Shown piece after piece: positions 47,432 through 60,053 of a DNA stretch of 61,803 nucleotides. Origin of the DNA: an uncultured Clostridium sp. GTDB lineage: Bacteria > Bacillota > Clostridia > TANB77 > CAG-508. The stretch spans positions 1 to 61,803 of the forward strand of contig CANSWM010000003.1 of assembly GCA_947650745.1 (NCBI GenBank). Reading direction: 5' to 3'. The position numbers and the translations under genes were made by a program. Position 1 is the first letter of the stretch. The number at the start of each line of letters is the position of its first letter. The notes under the pieces are model-generated. The model was not told the DNA's origin. It worked only from the letters and a program-made list of their open reading frames with translations, and made no database searches.

Positions 47432-48579
47432 TTATCCAAATATTCCTCTTTTCTTAACAGGTGGTTGTTCATTCATTGTTGATGCTAATTTTTCTAATAA
47501 ATCTCTTTGTTCTTTAGAAAGTTTTTTAGGTGTTTGAACAACTATGGTAAATATAAAATCTCCTTTATATTTACCATTTATGCTTGTAAATCCTTTTTGT
47601 CTTATTCTAAACTTTGTTCCTGTCTGAGTTCCTTCTGGTATTCTATAAGTTTCCTTTGTTCCATCTACCATAGGTATTACAAGGTCTGCTCCAAGTGTTG
47701 CCTGAGTTATAGTTACTGGAATATCACATAGCACATTTGTATCTTTTCTTATATATAAAGGATGGTGCTTTATATGTACTACAATATAAAGGTCTCCATT
47801 TGGTCCTCCATTACTTCCGTGGAGCTCCTTCATTTCTAAGTACTACTGTTTGGCCATCATCAATTCCTGCAGGTATATTAACAGAAATTTTAGTCTGCTT
47901 TTTAATTTTGCCTTTTCCTTTACATTTATCACATACTTCTCTTATTATCTTTCCTGTTCCACCACAAGTAGTACATGTTCTAGAAGTTTGCATTTGACCA
48001 AATAAAGTTGACTGCACTTGTCTTATTTGCCCAGTTCCGCCACACACTGTGCATGTATCAACCTTTGTTCCAGGTTTTGCTCCATTTCCATGGCAGACGT
48101 CACACACTTCTTCTCTGTAAAGACTAATTTGTTTCCTTACTCCTAGATATGATTCTTCAAAAGTAATTTCAACATCACTTCTTAAATCTGCACCTTTACT
48201 TGGTCCGATTTGTTTGTCTTTCTCTTCTTCTTGTTCTTCCTCCACCAAATATTGATGACACTATATCATCTAAATCAATATCAAATCCATCAAAACCAGA
48301 AGAAGTATAAGAATAATATCCGCCTCCAGGATTTCCTCCACCAAAGCCTTGTGGTCCATTTGCTCCAAATCTATCATACATATCTCTTTTTTGCTTATCT
48401 GAAAGTGTTTCATATGCTTCATTTACTTCTTTAAATTTTGCTTCTGCTTCTTTTTTATTATCAGGATTTGCATCAGGATGATATTTTTTTGCAAGTTTTC
48501 TATATGCTTTTTTTAATTCTTCATCTGTTGCATTTTTATTTACTCCTAAGACCTCATAATAATCTCTTTTTTCTGCCAT
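47432..48579 (-). CDS. dnaJ: Molecular chaperone DnaJ, two CGGA sites
   Basis: J domain ([13 protein letters not shown]), four CxxCxGxG repeats. Frames join at 48204-48207 ([12 protein letters not shown]) and 47816-47819 ([17 protein letters not shown]). Segments are 372/384/384 nt. Confidence 0.95.
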
Positions 48580-48651
48580 TTTTTCCTCCAAATTTTAAGT
48601 GTGAGACTAGGTTTTTATATGCCTAGCCCCACTTTCTTAGACAAAACTTTT

Positions 48652-50550
<1,899 letters not shown>

Positions 50551-50658
50551 TTATCCAAAATGTTTTAACATTTTGTTTATTTAATATAATATTTTTTAAT
50601 TCTTTTGTACAAATTTATTTAAATTTTAAAAATTAATGTCTTTATTAATAAAATCGGC

Positions 50659-51159
50659 TTAATTTGCAACTATTACCATGCTATGTCTTATTACTTTATC
50701 TCCGATTTTATATCCTTTTCTAAATTCTTCTTTTATCTCCTTTTCTCCAAGACTTTCGTCTGTAACCATACTTACTGCTTCATGAAGTTCAGGGTCAAAT
50801 GTTTTTCCAACACTTTCTATTTGTTCTATTCCAAAAGATTTCATTACGTCAATATATTGCTTTAATACTAAGTCTACCCCCTGTTTGTAATTTATATCCT
50901 CTGTTTCTGCACTTGCCGCTTTTTCTAAATTATCTAAGACAGGTAATAATTTACATGCAATATCTCCTAAAATTGAATTATATAGTACTTCTCTTTCTTT
51001 TGCACTTCTTTTTTTGAAATTATCAAACTCTGCCATTAACCTTTTTAGTCTATCTGTTGTGTTTTCTAATTCTTCTTGCATTTTTTCATTTGGCTCATTC
51101 GATTCATTTTTCTCTAATACTTCCTCTTTATGGCTGTTCTCATTTTTGTTTTCTTCCAT
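50659..51159 (-). CDS. grpE: Nucleotide exchange factor GrpE
   Basis: 166-aa intact ORF. Position between hrcA and dnaK, plus the typical C-terminal FDP..HEA block. Confidence 0.93.
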   Translation of the reverse strand: MEENKNENSHKEEVLEKNESNEPNEKMQEELENTTDRLKRLMAEFDNFKKRSAKEREVLYNSILGDIACKLLPVLDNLEKAASAETEDINYKQGVDLVLKQYIDVMKSFGIEQIESVGKTFDPELHEAVSMVTDESLGEKEIKEEFRKGYKIGDKVIRHSMVIVAN

Positions 51160-51168
51160 ACTTTCCTC

Positions 51169-52189
51169 CTACTTTTTATCGTTCAAATCATCATTTAGCT
51201 TTTTACTAATATATTTCATAACAGAAATTACTTTTGAATAGTTCATTCTTTTTGGTCCTATAATTCCTATTGTACCTATATCTTTTTCTCCAACAGAATG
51301 TTTAAATGTTACTATACTAAAATCTTTTAAATCTTCATTATCATTTTCATCACCTATATATATTTTGATGTCTTCTGCAAATCCTGTATTTAGTAAGTCT
51401 CTCATTACTTCTTTTGTATCTAATATATTTACAAAGTTTTTTGCAATTTCTAAGCTTTTAAATTCTGGAAGTTCAAACGCTCTATTTGCACCTTCTAAAT
51501 AAATTTTTTCTTCCTCTTCAATTAATTTTTTCATCTGCTCTATAATAGGTCTTATTATATTTACACTATATTTTAGCTCTCTAAATATATATTCTTCAAA
51601 GGAAGTATCTATTTTTTCAAATGGTTCTCCTTTTAATTTGTTATTAAAGAAGTAATTTAATGTTTCAACTTGTTCTTCTGTTATGTCTTCATCAAATTTA
51701 ATAATTGTCTCACGAACAAGTCCTGTGTCTGTTACAATAATTCCCATAAGCATTCTTGCACCTAGCAAAACAAACTTTATTTCTTCTATTGTTTGTTTCG
51801 CAGTCTTGGGTCCAATACTAACAGTTGTATAATGTGTAATCTCTGAAAGAGTCGTTGTTGCAATTTTTGTTAGTTCTTCTAATCCGATTTGCTTTTGTTT
51901 CTAGCTTTTCTTGTATATACTTTATTTCTTCTAAACTTATATTGTCATAACTTAGTAATTCATCTACATATAGTCTATAACCTTTTGCTGATGGTATTCT
52001 GCCTGCTGATGTATGTGGTTTTTCTAAATACCCTTCTTTTTCTAATTCTGCCATATCATTTCTAACAGTTGCAGAACTTATATCTGTTTCATATTTTTCT
52101 ACTATAACAGCGGAACTTACTGGCTCTGCTGATTCTATATATTCATCTACTATTTCTTTTAATATTTTTCTCTTACGTTCATCAAGCAT
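51169..52189 (-). CDS. hrcA: Heat-inducible transcription repressor HrcA, one CGGA site
   Basis: Fragments 51818..52198 and 51169..51768 join at 51883-51886 (..ETKAN-G-LEELTKIATTTLSEITHYTTVSIGP..). Segments are 303/714 nt. Confidence 0.92.
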
Positions 52190-52204
52190 GCTTATCACCT
52201 CTTT

Positions 52205-52231
52205 TTAGCACTCTTTTTGTTCGACTGCTAA
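52205..52231. promoter_or_regulatory. CIRCE operator (HrcA binding site)
   Basis: TTAGCACTC-N9-GACTGCTAA. One mismatch to TTAGCACTC-N9-GAGTGCTAA. Located 16 nt upstream of the hrcA start. Confidence 0.85.
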
Positions 52232-52232
52232 T

Positions 52233-52261
52233 ATGATATATCTTTTTTTAGCAGTTGTCAA
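52233..52261 (-). promoter_or_regulatory. Putative sigma-A promoter of the hrcA-grpE-dnaK-dnaJ operon
   Basis: Minus strand TTGACA (52261-52256), 17 nt spacer, TATCAT (52238-52233), directly followed by CIRCE. Confidence 0.55.
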
Positions 52262-52309
52262 TACTTTTTGCTAAAATTTTTAAATTAAATATTTTGCAAT
52301 ATTAATCTA

Positions 52310-52339
52310 TTGACACTTGCATACTTTATATGCTAAAAT
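52310..52339 (+). promoter_or_regulatory. Putative sigma-A promoter of tRNA-Glu
   Basis: TTGACA (52310-52315), 18 nt spacer with a TGn extension, TAAAAT (52334-52339), 11 nt before the tRNA 5' end. Confidence 0.6.
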
Positions 52340-52350
52340 AACTATATTAT

Positions 52351-52425
52351 GGCCCGTTGGTCAAGCGGCTAAGACGCCACCCTCTCAAGGTGGAATCATG
52401 GGTTCGATTCCCGTACGGGTCACCA
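52351..52425 (+). tRNA. tRNA-Glu, anticodon CUC, encoded CCA end
   Basis: Cloverleaf folded by hand: acceptor GGCCCGT/ACGGGTC, anticodon stem CCACC/GGTGG with the standard 7-nt loop CU-CUC-AA, T arm ATGGG-TTCGATT-CCCGT. Close to the Bacillus tRNA-Glu sequence. Confidence 0.9.
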
Positions 52426-52607
52426 AAACGTTACAAAAACGAACTTTACGTTTGTTAAGCGGTTTAGTTCACTAAGTGTGCGACTTCGTCGCAGTTAATA
52501 ATGAAGAGTGAAGAGTTAATAATGTTTCTTGTAAAGCACATAGGACACATTTGTACTTCGCTCTTCATTATTCATTATTATGCATACTATCTGTGTGGTT
52601 TTACTTT

Positions 52608-52665
52608 TTGACTTGTTATGTAAAATATGCTATAATTATTATATAATATCTGGTAAAATACCAGA
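52608..52665 (+). promoter_or_regulatory. Cassette-1 promoter plus inverted-repeat operator candidate
   Basis: TTGACT-17 nt-TATAAT (52608-52636), then TCTGGTAAAATACCAGA (52649-52665), then the AGGAGG RBS. Confidence 0.55.
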
Positions 52666-52688
52666 AAAAAATTAGGAGGACATTGTAT

Positions 52689-53174
52689 ATGAAGAATGAA
52701 TTTGGAGAGGAAATCTTCTATCGGAATCCCATTGTAAAGCCCACTGACGTAGCTCCCTTATCCTATCAGGATAAAGTTCACCTTCTGGCATTGGGGATTA
52801 TAAATTTTAATATTATCCCCGTTTTTAACAGATTTTTTGAAATCTTTTCTGATAAGGAGATTGCAGAGTTACATTTGAGCTCTTCTTGCGCACACGGCTG
52901 CGAAATAGTGACCCATCCGTATATTCAGACACTGCATTTTCGCTATCCTATTCAGTACCTGGGAATGTTCATCGATGCCTTAGCCGAAATCGAAGTTCTG
53001 GCAGCTGAATTTGGATTTAAAGCGACAAGAAGCAATGGTACACGAATATATACGCAGGTTCGCAAGAACGAAGCTCTTGCAGATGAAGTTTCACTCAGAA
53101 TCCTCAAGGACACAGCTGATGCTTTTTCCAAGTACTACCAGGAGGCTGCGTCCACCTCAGTTGAAGCTAAATGA
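52689..53174 (+). CDS. Hypothetical protein (island ORF 1)
   Basis: 161 aa from the ATG with an AGGAGGA RBS. Higher GC. In-frame CGG at 52722-52724 is read as a normal codon. No family recognised. Confidence 0.6.
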   Translation: MKNEFGEEIFYRNPIVKPTDVAPLSYQDKVHLLALGIINFNIIPVFNRFFEIFSDKEIAELHLSSSCAHGCEIVTHPYIQTLHFRYPIQYLGMFIDALAEIEVLAAEFGFKATRSNGTRIYTQVRKNEALADEVSLRILKDTADAFSKYYQEAASTSVEAK

Positions 53175-53192
53175 CACACACATCGTCCTATA

Positions 53193-53240
53193 CCCCAAGC
53201 CCTATTGTATTTCTTTTATACAATGGAGCTTGGGGTTATT
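53193..53240 (+). terminator. Intrinsic terminator after island ORF 1
   Basis: CCCCAAGC..ATTGTAT-ttctttt-ATACAAT..GCTTGGGG long hairpin followed by TTATTT. Confidence 0.7.
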
Positions 53241-53256
53241 TAATTAAGAATCTTAT

Positions 53257-53312
53257 TTGATTTATTATGTAACATATGATATAATAAATTTATAAACTGG
53301 ATGAATTCCAGT
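53257..53312 (+). promoter_or_regulatory. Cassette-2 promoter plus inverted-repeat operator candidate (near-duplicate of cassette 1)
   Basis: TTGATT-17 nt-TATAAT (53257-53285), then ACTGGATGAATTCCAGT (53296-53312), then AGGAGG. The 29-nt promoter core differs from cassette 1 at only 4 positions. Confidence 0.55.
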
Positions 53313-53331
53313 ACTTTAGGAGGAACAATTT

Positions 53332-53760
53332 ATGGATTACAAAAAAGAAACGTGCTTTAACTTAAAGTACAAATTGTCTGAAAACAGACGGGAAGTACTA
53401 AAAAAAGACCAAGAAGGAGCTAAAAAATTGGAAGAGCAAAATGCGCAAATTAATACCACAGCTTTAAGCATCGCAGAAACTGTCATTAATCCTCTGTTTG
53501 AAGAACTTGCACATTTATATGCTCACAATAAGTACTTTTGTATAAGCATAAAAATTTGCAGCGAGATTAGCTTTTGTATAAGCACATACCCATTCCATGA
53601 AAACATTTTTAAGGAGTATCCCACACCAATTGAAGACCCAAAACTTACCCGCAAGATGTGGAAATGTGTGATAGGAAACGCTAAAATTACAGGTATTGAT
53701 GGCTACTTTGACCCTGACGACTTAAACGTTATAAATTTTTCCCTGTTGTTGGATGACTAA
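53332..53760 (+). CDS. Hypothetical protein (island ORF 2)
   Basis: 142-aa ORF. In-frame CGG at 53389-53391 is read as a normal codon. No family recognised. Confidence 0.6.
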   Translation: MDYKKETCFNLKYKLSENRREVLKKDQEGAKKLEEQNAQINTTALSIAETVINPLFEELAHLYAHNKYFCISIKICSEISFCISTYPFHENIFKEYPTPIEDPKLTRKMWKCVIGNAKITGIDGYFDPDDLNVINFSLLLDD

Positions 53761-53777
53761 AAGGCATCAAGTTCCCT

Positions 53778-53817
53778 CCCCCCTCAAGCGGGCTCTATGC
53801 TTGAGGGGGGGCTTTTT
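53778..53817. terminator. GC-rich bidirectional terminator shared by island ORF 2 and spoIIP
   Basis: CCCCCCTCAAGC-gggctctat-GCTTGAGGGGGG plus T-run. The spoIIP stop (53816-53818) lies in the T-run. Confidence 0.75.
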
Positions 53818-54992
53818 ATTTCATAACTTCATCAAAAATTTTCGCTAAGTACTTCATACTATTCATACACTCATCTAATGTATTTCCTGTTGCACCCACT
53901 TCTATTATTGTTGTTCCGTGTTGTTAAATGCTGATTATATCTTGCATTACGCAAAATTATTGGTCTAAATAATCCGTGGATACATTTCATTTGCCTTTTT
54001 TTGCATCATCAATGCAAATTTAAAATTTTCTCTCCAATTTGGATGGTTTAGCCCTGCTCCATCTGTTCCTATAACAAACATGAGCTGTGCACATTTATCT
54101 TCTCCTATTTGTACACTAGGTCCATATGTATTTGTACTACCGTACGGCATCTCTATGTAAATCTATTGCTATTTCTCCATCTTGATTTTGGTTTAAAACG
54201 TTTTTTAGTGTTGTAAGAGATCTATCGTAAGAGCCATTGTAAGATGGGTAATCATGATATGTTTTATCATGTATTACTTCTTTACCATACTGCTTTAAAC
54301 ACACTTCTAATTCGTCTCCGTACTTTTGATACTGTATAATTTAAGTCAGTTGTTCTATATGCTCCTGTCATTTCATAATTATACTTTTCACTAGATGTGT
54401 AACTTTCACAAGTATGTGTATGATATATTATTACTTTATTTTTATTTTTTACCTCGTAATTTGTATCTTTTATTAAGTCATTTATATCATATTTAGACTG
54501 GTTTTTTACTTTAATATCACTTTCTGAATTAGTAAATGAAGCTTCTATATTATTTTCACTGATTACTTTAGTTTCTACCCCTCCATCTGAATTTATTGTT
54601 CTATCTCTTTCTTCTATTTGTCTTTCTTCAGCATCTTCGCTATTTTCTGTTTCTTCATTTATTTTTTCTTGCTGCTCTTGTTCTTCTATATCTTCTTCTG
54701 TTTTCATACTAGAAAGTACTGCAAGTTCAGTATCTAAAATACCATAAGTACTACCCAGAGTATTTTTTGCTTTTGTGCTTTCATTTTTTTCACTCGCCAT
54801 TAATGGTATTTCCATTTCTAAGCAATATAAAAAAGAAGAATCTTCTATTTTACTTGTAGCTTCTGTTTCTACTTTTTCCAATTCTCCTTTTCCTATTACA
54901 ATTTTTACTCCAATTACTAATATCGTTACCAATATACATAAAATTGCAACATATTTTATTAAATCTCTTATATTTATTACCGCAATATTCAT
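53816..54992 (-). CDS. spoIIP: Stage II sporulation protein P, four recoding sites
   Basis: IIYHTHTCESY and IDLHRDA blocks. Sites 54317-54320, 54139-54142 (CGGT), 53973-53976, 53915-53918. Recoded C-terminus is ..MYP-G-LFRPIILRNARYNQHLTT-G-TTIIEVGATGNTLDEC... Segments are 672/174/162/54/99 nt. Confidence 0.88.
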
Positions 54993-55063
54993 ATCTTCCC
55001 CTTAGATTTTAATTCTGATAATATTAAATATATGCTCTAAAGAGAATTTTATGAGTTCTGATT

Positions 55064-55692
55064 TTACAAGTATAAATGTTTTTCTTCTGAAATAATGCCT
55101 ATTTCTCCATGTCCTGGATAAATAACTGTATCTTCTGGCAATACAAGTAGTTTATTCTTTATAGAGTTCATTATTTCTTTATAACTTCCGAGTAGGTAAG
55201 TCATATCTTCCATATGTTCCTTTAAATAAAGTATCACCTGTAAATAGAAGTTTATTTCCTTCTATATATAAAGTACTTCCTCCTATTGTATGTCCTGGAG
55301 TATATATTACTTTAAATTCTAAATTTCCGAATATGCAAAGTATCTCCTTCATCTACTCTTGCATCTGCAGTTATATTTATATTTTCTGTACCGCAGATTC
55401 CACTTAAGTTTACTTCTGGATTTTGCAAATTTTCAAATTCATTTCTATGAATTAATACTCTTGCATTTGTTTTTTCCTTTAATTCCTTAAGCCCTGATGT
55501 ATGATCTGCATGGCAGTGTGTTATATAAATATATTTTGTAGTTACTCCTAATACATCTAATGTTTCTATTATTTTTTCTGGCTCTCCTGCTGGATCTATT
55601 ACCATTGCTTCTTTTGATTCTTCATCTGCTAATATATAGCAATTTGTATAGTTTCCTATCATTGTTTCTATTTTTAATCTTTTTAAAATCAT
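55064..55692 (-). CDS. MBL-fold metallo-hydrolase, two CGGA sites
   Basis: THCHADH motif. Frames join at 55326-55329 ([18 protein letters not shown]) and 55187-55190 ([16 protein letters not shown]). Segments are 363/135/123 nt. Confidence 0.85.
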
Positions 55693-55704
55693 TTGTTTAC
55701 TTTC

Positions 55705-57899
55705 CTACTTCTTTCTCTTAACTTCATAAACACTATCAATTTTTCTTAAGGCTTTAAGAATTTTATTTAATTCATCTAAACTTTCAACTTGAAGTGTCAT
55801 CTCTGTTATTACTATTCTTTCTTTATTTACTTTCGAATTTATAACTAGCATTACAGCTTTTAAATTCCCCATTTCTTTTGCAATATCTGCAACTAGTCCA
55901 TCTCTATCATTTGAATGTATTTCTATTTCTACTTTATATGTTGCTTTTTCAGTTTCGCACCATTCAACATCTATAATCCTTGCTTCTTCTTGGAACAAAT
56001 CTTTTATATTTATACAATCTTTTCTATGAACTGATACTCCTCTTCCTTTTGTAATATATCCTATTATTTCATCTCCTGGAAGTGGATTGCAACATTTAGA
56101 AAATTTAACTAAACAATTATCTATTCCTTTTACTATTACACCTGATTTTGGATTTTTAGGTTGGGGCTTCTTTTTATTTACAAGTTCTTCTATTTTTTCT
56201 TCTATATTTTCTTCTTCATGTTCTTTTCTATATTCATAAAGTAATTTTGATATTATTTTTCCTGCAGATATTGCTCCAAATCCAATTGCAGCATACATAT
56301 CATTTATGTTAGAATATTTATATCTTTCCATACAAGCATCTATATATTTTTGTTTATATAATTGTTCTTCAGACATTGCAATTCTTTTTATTTCTTTTTG
56401 AAGAAGGTCTTTTCCTCTTTCTATGTTTTCTTCTCTATCTTCTTTCTTAAACCACTGCAAGATTTTATTTCTAGCACTAGAACTTTGTACAAATTTAAGC
56501 CAGTCTCTACTTGGTCCTTTTGTAGTATCTGTTGTTATTATTTCAACAATATCTCCGATTATTTAGTTTTGTAATAATTGGCATCATCTTTCCATTTATT
56601 TTTGCTCCTGTCATTTTGTTTCCTATATCAGTGTGTATATTATAAGCAAAATCAATTGGAGTTGCACCTTTTGGAAGTACTTTTATATCTCCATTTCTAG
56701 TAAATACATATACCTCGTCTTCAAATAATTCTGTTTTTAATGTATTTAAAAATTCCTCTGGGTCTTGCATTTCTTTTTGCCATTCCAAAGTTTCTCTTAA
56801 CCATGAAAGTTTATCTTCTGCCACTTTTACAGTAGTCTTTGCAGTCTTGTTTGCTTCTTTATATGCCCAGTGAGCTGCAATACCAAACTCTGCTATTCTA
56901 TGCATATCCCAAGTACGAAGTTGCACTTCAAATGGAATTCCTTTTGGACCTATAAGTGTTGTATGTAGTGATTGATACATATTTGCTTTTGGAAGTGCAA
57001 TATAATCTTTAAATCTTCCGAGGCATAGGATTAAATAATTCATGCACAACACCTAAAGCTGCATAACAATCTTTTACAGAATTAACAATTATTCTAAGTG
57101 CTAGTAGGTCATATACCTGTTCTAGCTCTATATTGTCTCTTTGCATTTTTCTATATATACTATATATATGTTTTGCTCTTCCTGTAATTTGTGCTGATAT
57201 TCCTTGCATTTTTAGTTCTAAACCAATTTGGCTTTTCATCTTTTCAATAAATTTTAATCTTTCTTCTCTTTTTTCATCTAATCCTTCTACTATTTCTCTA
57301 TATTCTTCAGGTTCTAGATATTTAAAAGCTAAATCTTCAAGTTCCCATTTTAGAGAATACATACCTAATCTATTTGCAAGTGGTGCATAAAGGTCCATAG
57401 TCTCTCTTGAATTTGCAATTTGCCTATCTCTTTTTAGATATTTTAAAGTTCTCATATTGTGAAGTCTATCAGCAAGTTTTATAAGTATTACTCTTATGTC
57501 TTTCCCCATTGCTAAAAACATTTTTCTATAATTTTCTACTTGCTGCTCTTCTCTTGTTGTATATTGAAGTTTTCCAAGTTTTGTAACACCATCTACCATA
57601 GTTGCAATTTCTTCTCCAAACTCTTTTGCTAAATCTTCGTTTGTAATAGGAGTATCTTCTACAACATCATGCAAAATAGCCGCGCAAATTGTTTCATCAT
57701 CTAAGTTTATTTCTGATAAAATATTTGCAACATTTAATGGATGTATTATATATTCTTCTCCTGATAATCTTTTTTGCTCTGCATGATTAGATTTTGCAAA
57801 ATTATATGCTTTTAAGATTAGCTTTGTATTAACTTTTCTTCTATTTTTCTTTAGAGTATTTATTACATCTTCAATAGTTATTTCTTCTTCTACTGTCAT
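55705..57899 (-). CDS. relA: Bifunctional (p)ppGpp synthetase/hydrolase, two CGGA sites
   Basis: HD domain (HDVVEDT). Frames join at 57017-57020 ([25 protein letters not shown]) and 56554-56557 (KLNN-G-DIVEIITT). Segments are 879/459/849 nt. Confidence 0.95.
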
Positions 57900-57927
57900 A
57901 TTATCTAATCCCCCTATTTAAAAGACT

Positions 57928-59615
57928 TTATAATGATTTACTCATATCTTTTAAATTCATTTGAACATTTTGGGTTCCATTATATGAGTTTATCTCAAGA
58001 TTTCCTACAATATCAACTTTATCTCCCAACTTGTAATTTTCTGCATATTCTCCCAAATGAAATCCTATTGCATCAATTGTTAAATTCTCATCTTTTAATT
58101 TCAATTTCAAATGTGCTCCGATTTGTTATTGCTCTTATAGATTCTATTCTTAAATTTTTTATTAAAAATATTGGAGTTTCATTTGCTTCTCCAAACGGTT
58201 CTAATTTCTTTAAATCCTTTACTGTATCTAAAGATAATTCTTTTAAAGAAGCTTCCATATCTATATTAATAACTGGTTTAACATCTTGTATTCCTAATTT
58301 TTTAACATAATTATTTATGTCTGTTTTAAATTTTTCTAGATTTTCCTTTTTTAAACTTACTCCAACTGCCATAGCATGTCCACCATATTTTTCTAGGCTT
58401 TCACTTACTGCATTTAAGGCTTCATGCAAATCTAAACCTGTTACACTTCTTCCAGAGCCTTTACAAATTCCATCTTCTTCACAAAGTAAAATACTTGGTT
58501 TTAAATATGAATCTGTTATTTTTGACGATACAATTCCTATTACACCATGATGCCAGTTCGGTTTTGAAAGAACTATAATATCTTTTTGTTCTTCATTATT
58601 TTTTTCTATTTCTTCTATTGCCTCATTCATTATTCTTTTTTCAGTATCTTGCCTCTGCCTGTTATATTCATTTAATTTGTTTGTAAGCAATTGTATTTCA
58701 TCTAAATTATCTGTTATAAACAGTTTTAGTGCATCTTCTGCAGCTCCCATTCTTCCACATGCATTAATTCTAGGGGCAATACCAAATGATACTACTCCTG
58801 AGTCAATTTTCTTTAATCCTGCTGCTTCTGATAAATATTTTAGCCCCAAATTTCTATGTGTTTCAATTAGTTTTAAGCCTAGTTTTGTAATAACTCTATT
58901 TTCACTAACTAATGGAACTATGTCTGATATTGTTCCTAGGCATACTAAATCTAAATATTTAAGATATTCTTTAGCATCTAATTCTAACTTTATTGATAAT
59001 CCTTGAATTAATTTAAATACAACTCCTACTCCTGCAAGCTCTCTGAATGGATACTTGCTCTTTTCAATTTTGGGGTCAATCACAGCACCTGCCTTTGGTA
59101 GTATATCTAATGGTTCATGATGGTCTGTTATTATTGTATCTAACCCTAAACTATTTGCATAATCTATTTCTTCTATTCCTGATATTCCACAGTCTACCGT
59201 TATCATTAGGTTTGTGTTCTTATTTGCTATTTCTTTTATAGCATCTTTATTTAGTCCATAACCTTGTTTTAATCTATTTGGTATATAATATCCGAACTTC
59301 CAGTCCTCTTTCTTCTAAATATTTCTTTAAAACAGTAGTGCTTGTTATCCCATCTACATCATAATCTCCAAAAATAACTACTTTTTCTTTCTTTTCTATT
59401 GCAGTTATAATTCTTTCTACTGCTTTTTGCATTTCTGGCAATAAAAATGGATCAAAAAAGTTATCTCTTGTAGGTTCTAAAAATATTTTTATTTCTTCAT
59501 CGCTTAAATTTTTTCCCTCTATAATCTTTGCTGTAATTAAACTTATATTAAATTTATCTGCTATTTTTTGAGCTTCTTTACTAGGTCTTTGTATATACTG
59601 CCATTTTTTATTCAT
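57928..59615 (-). CDS. recJ: Single-stranded-DNA-specific exonuclease RecJ, two CGGA sites
   Basis: DHH (GDYDVDGITS, DHH) motifs. Frames join at 59291-59294 (GLEV-G-YYIPNRLKQGYG) and 58117-58120 (AITN-G-AHLKLKLKD). Segments are 321/1170/189 nt. Confidence 0.92.
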
Positions 59616-59694
59616 CTTAAATAACCTTTCTTCTAGATTAAACTTAATTATCCCTCAGGAAATTTTTATCTCCGAGGGATATATAGATTTTTCT

Positions 59695-60030
59695 TTATTT
59701 TAATACATCCTGAACTGATTCTGCAATGATTTTATTTACATCTGCAATTAATACGTTAAATTTTAATTCTGCTTCAAAATATTTTTTTGCTATATTATTT
59801 TCCATAAGTTCTACATATATTTTTTGCATTTCTTCTAGCTTTGTTTTTTCTTGTTCTTCACCTTTTAATGCCTCTAATTGCACCGCATATCTTTTTTCTT
59901 CAAATTCTCTAATTTTTACTTTTACGTCAGGGTTTTGATTTAATTCTGTTTTTATTCTTTTGTAATCTAAATATTCACTAGACTGACTTAATTCTGAAGC
60001 CAATTTATTTGCTGTATCATAAACGTTCAT
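59695..60030 (-). CDS. YlbF/YmcA-family regulatory protein
   Basis: 111-aa intact helical ORF. Family assignment from overall resemblance (..YLDYKR..F....YAVQ..). Confidence 0.6.
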   Translation of the reverse strand: MNVYDTANKLASELSQSSEYLDYKRIKTELNQNPDVKVKIREFEEKRYAVQLEALKGEEQEKTKLEEMQKIYVELMENNIAKKYFEAELKFNVLIADVNKIIAESVQDVLK

Positions 60031-60053
60031 AACTACTCTTCACCCTTTCATTT

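Larger units (their letters stand above)
52430..53815 (+). other. Higher-GC insertion between tRNA-Glu and spoIIP (putative horizontally acquired island, two monocistronic cassettes)
   Basis: Composition is visibly richer in G+C than the flanks. tRNA-adjacent. Both ORFs use in-frame CGG as an ordinary codon. No integrase or att repeat seen. Confidence 0.5.

Noticed and set aside
52426-53830. Classifying the island as an integrative element with att sites
   Set aside because: There is no integrase or recombinase gene. I found no direct repeat of the tRNA-Glu 3' end at the right junction. It is kept only as a compositional island.
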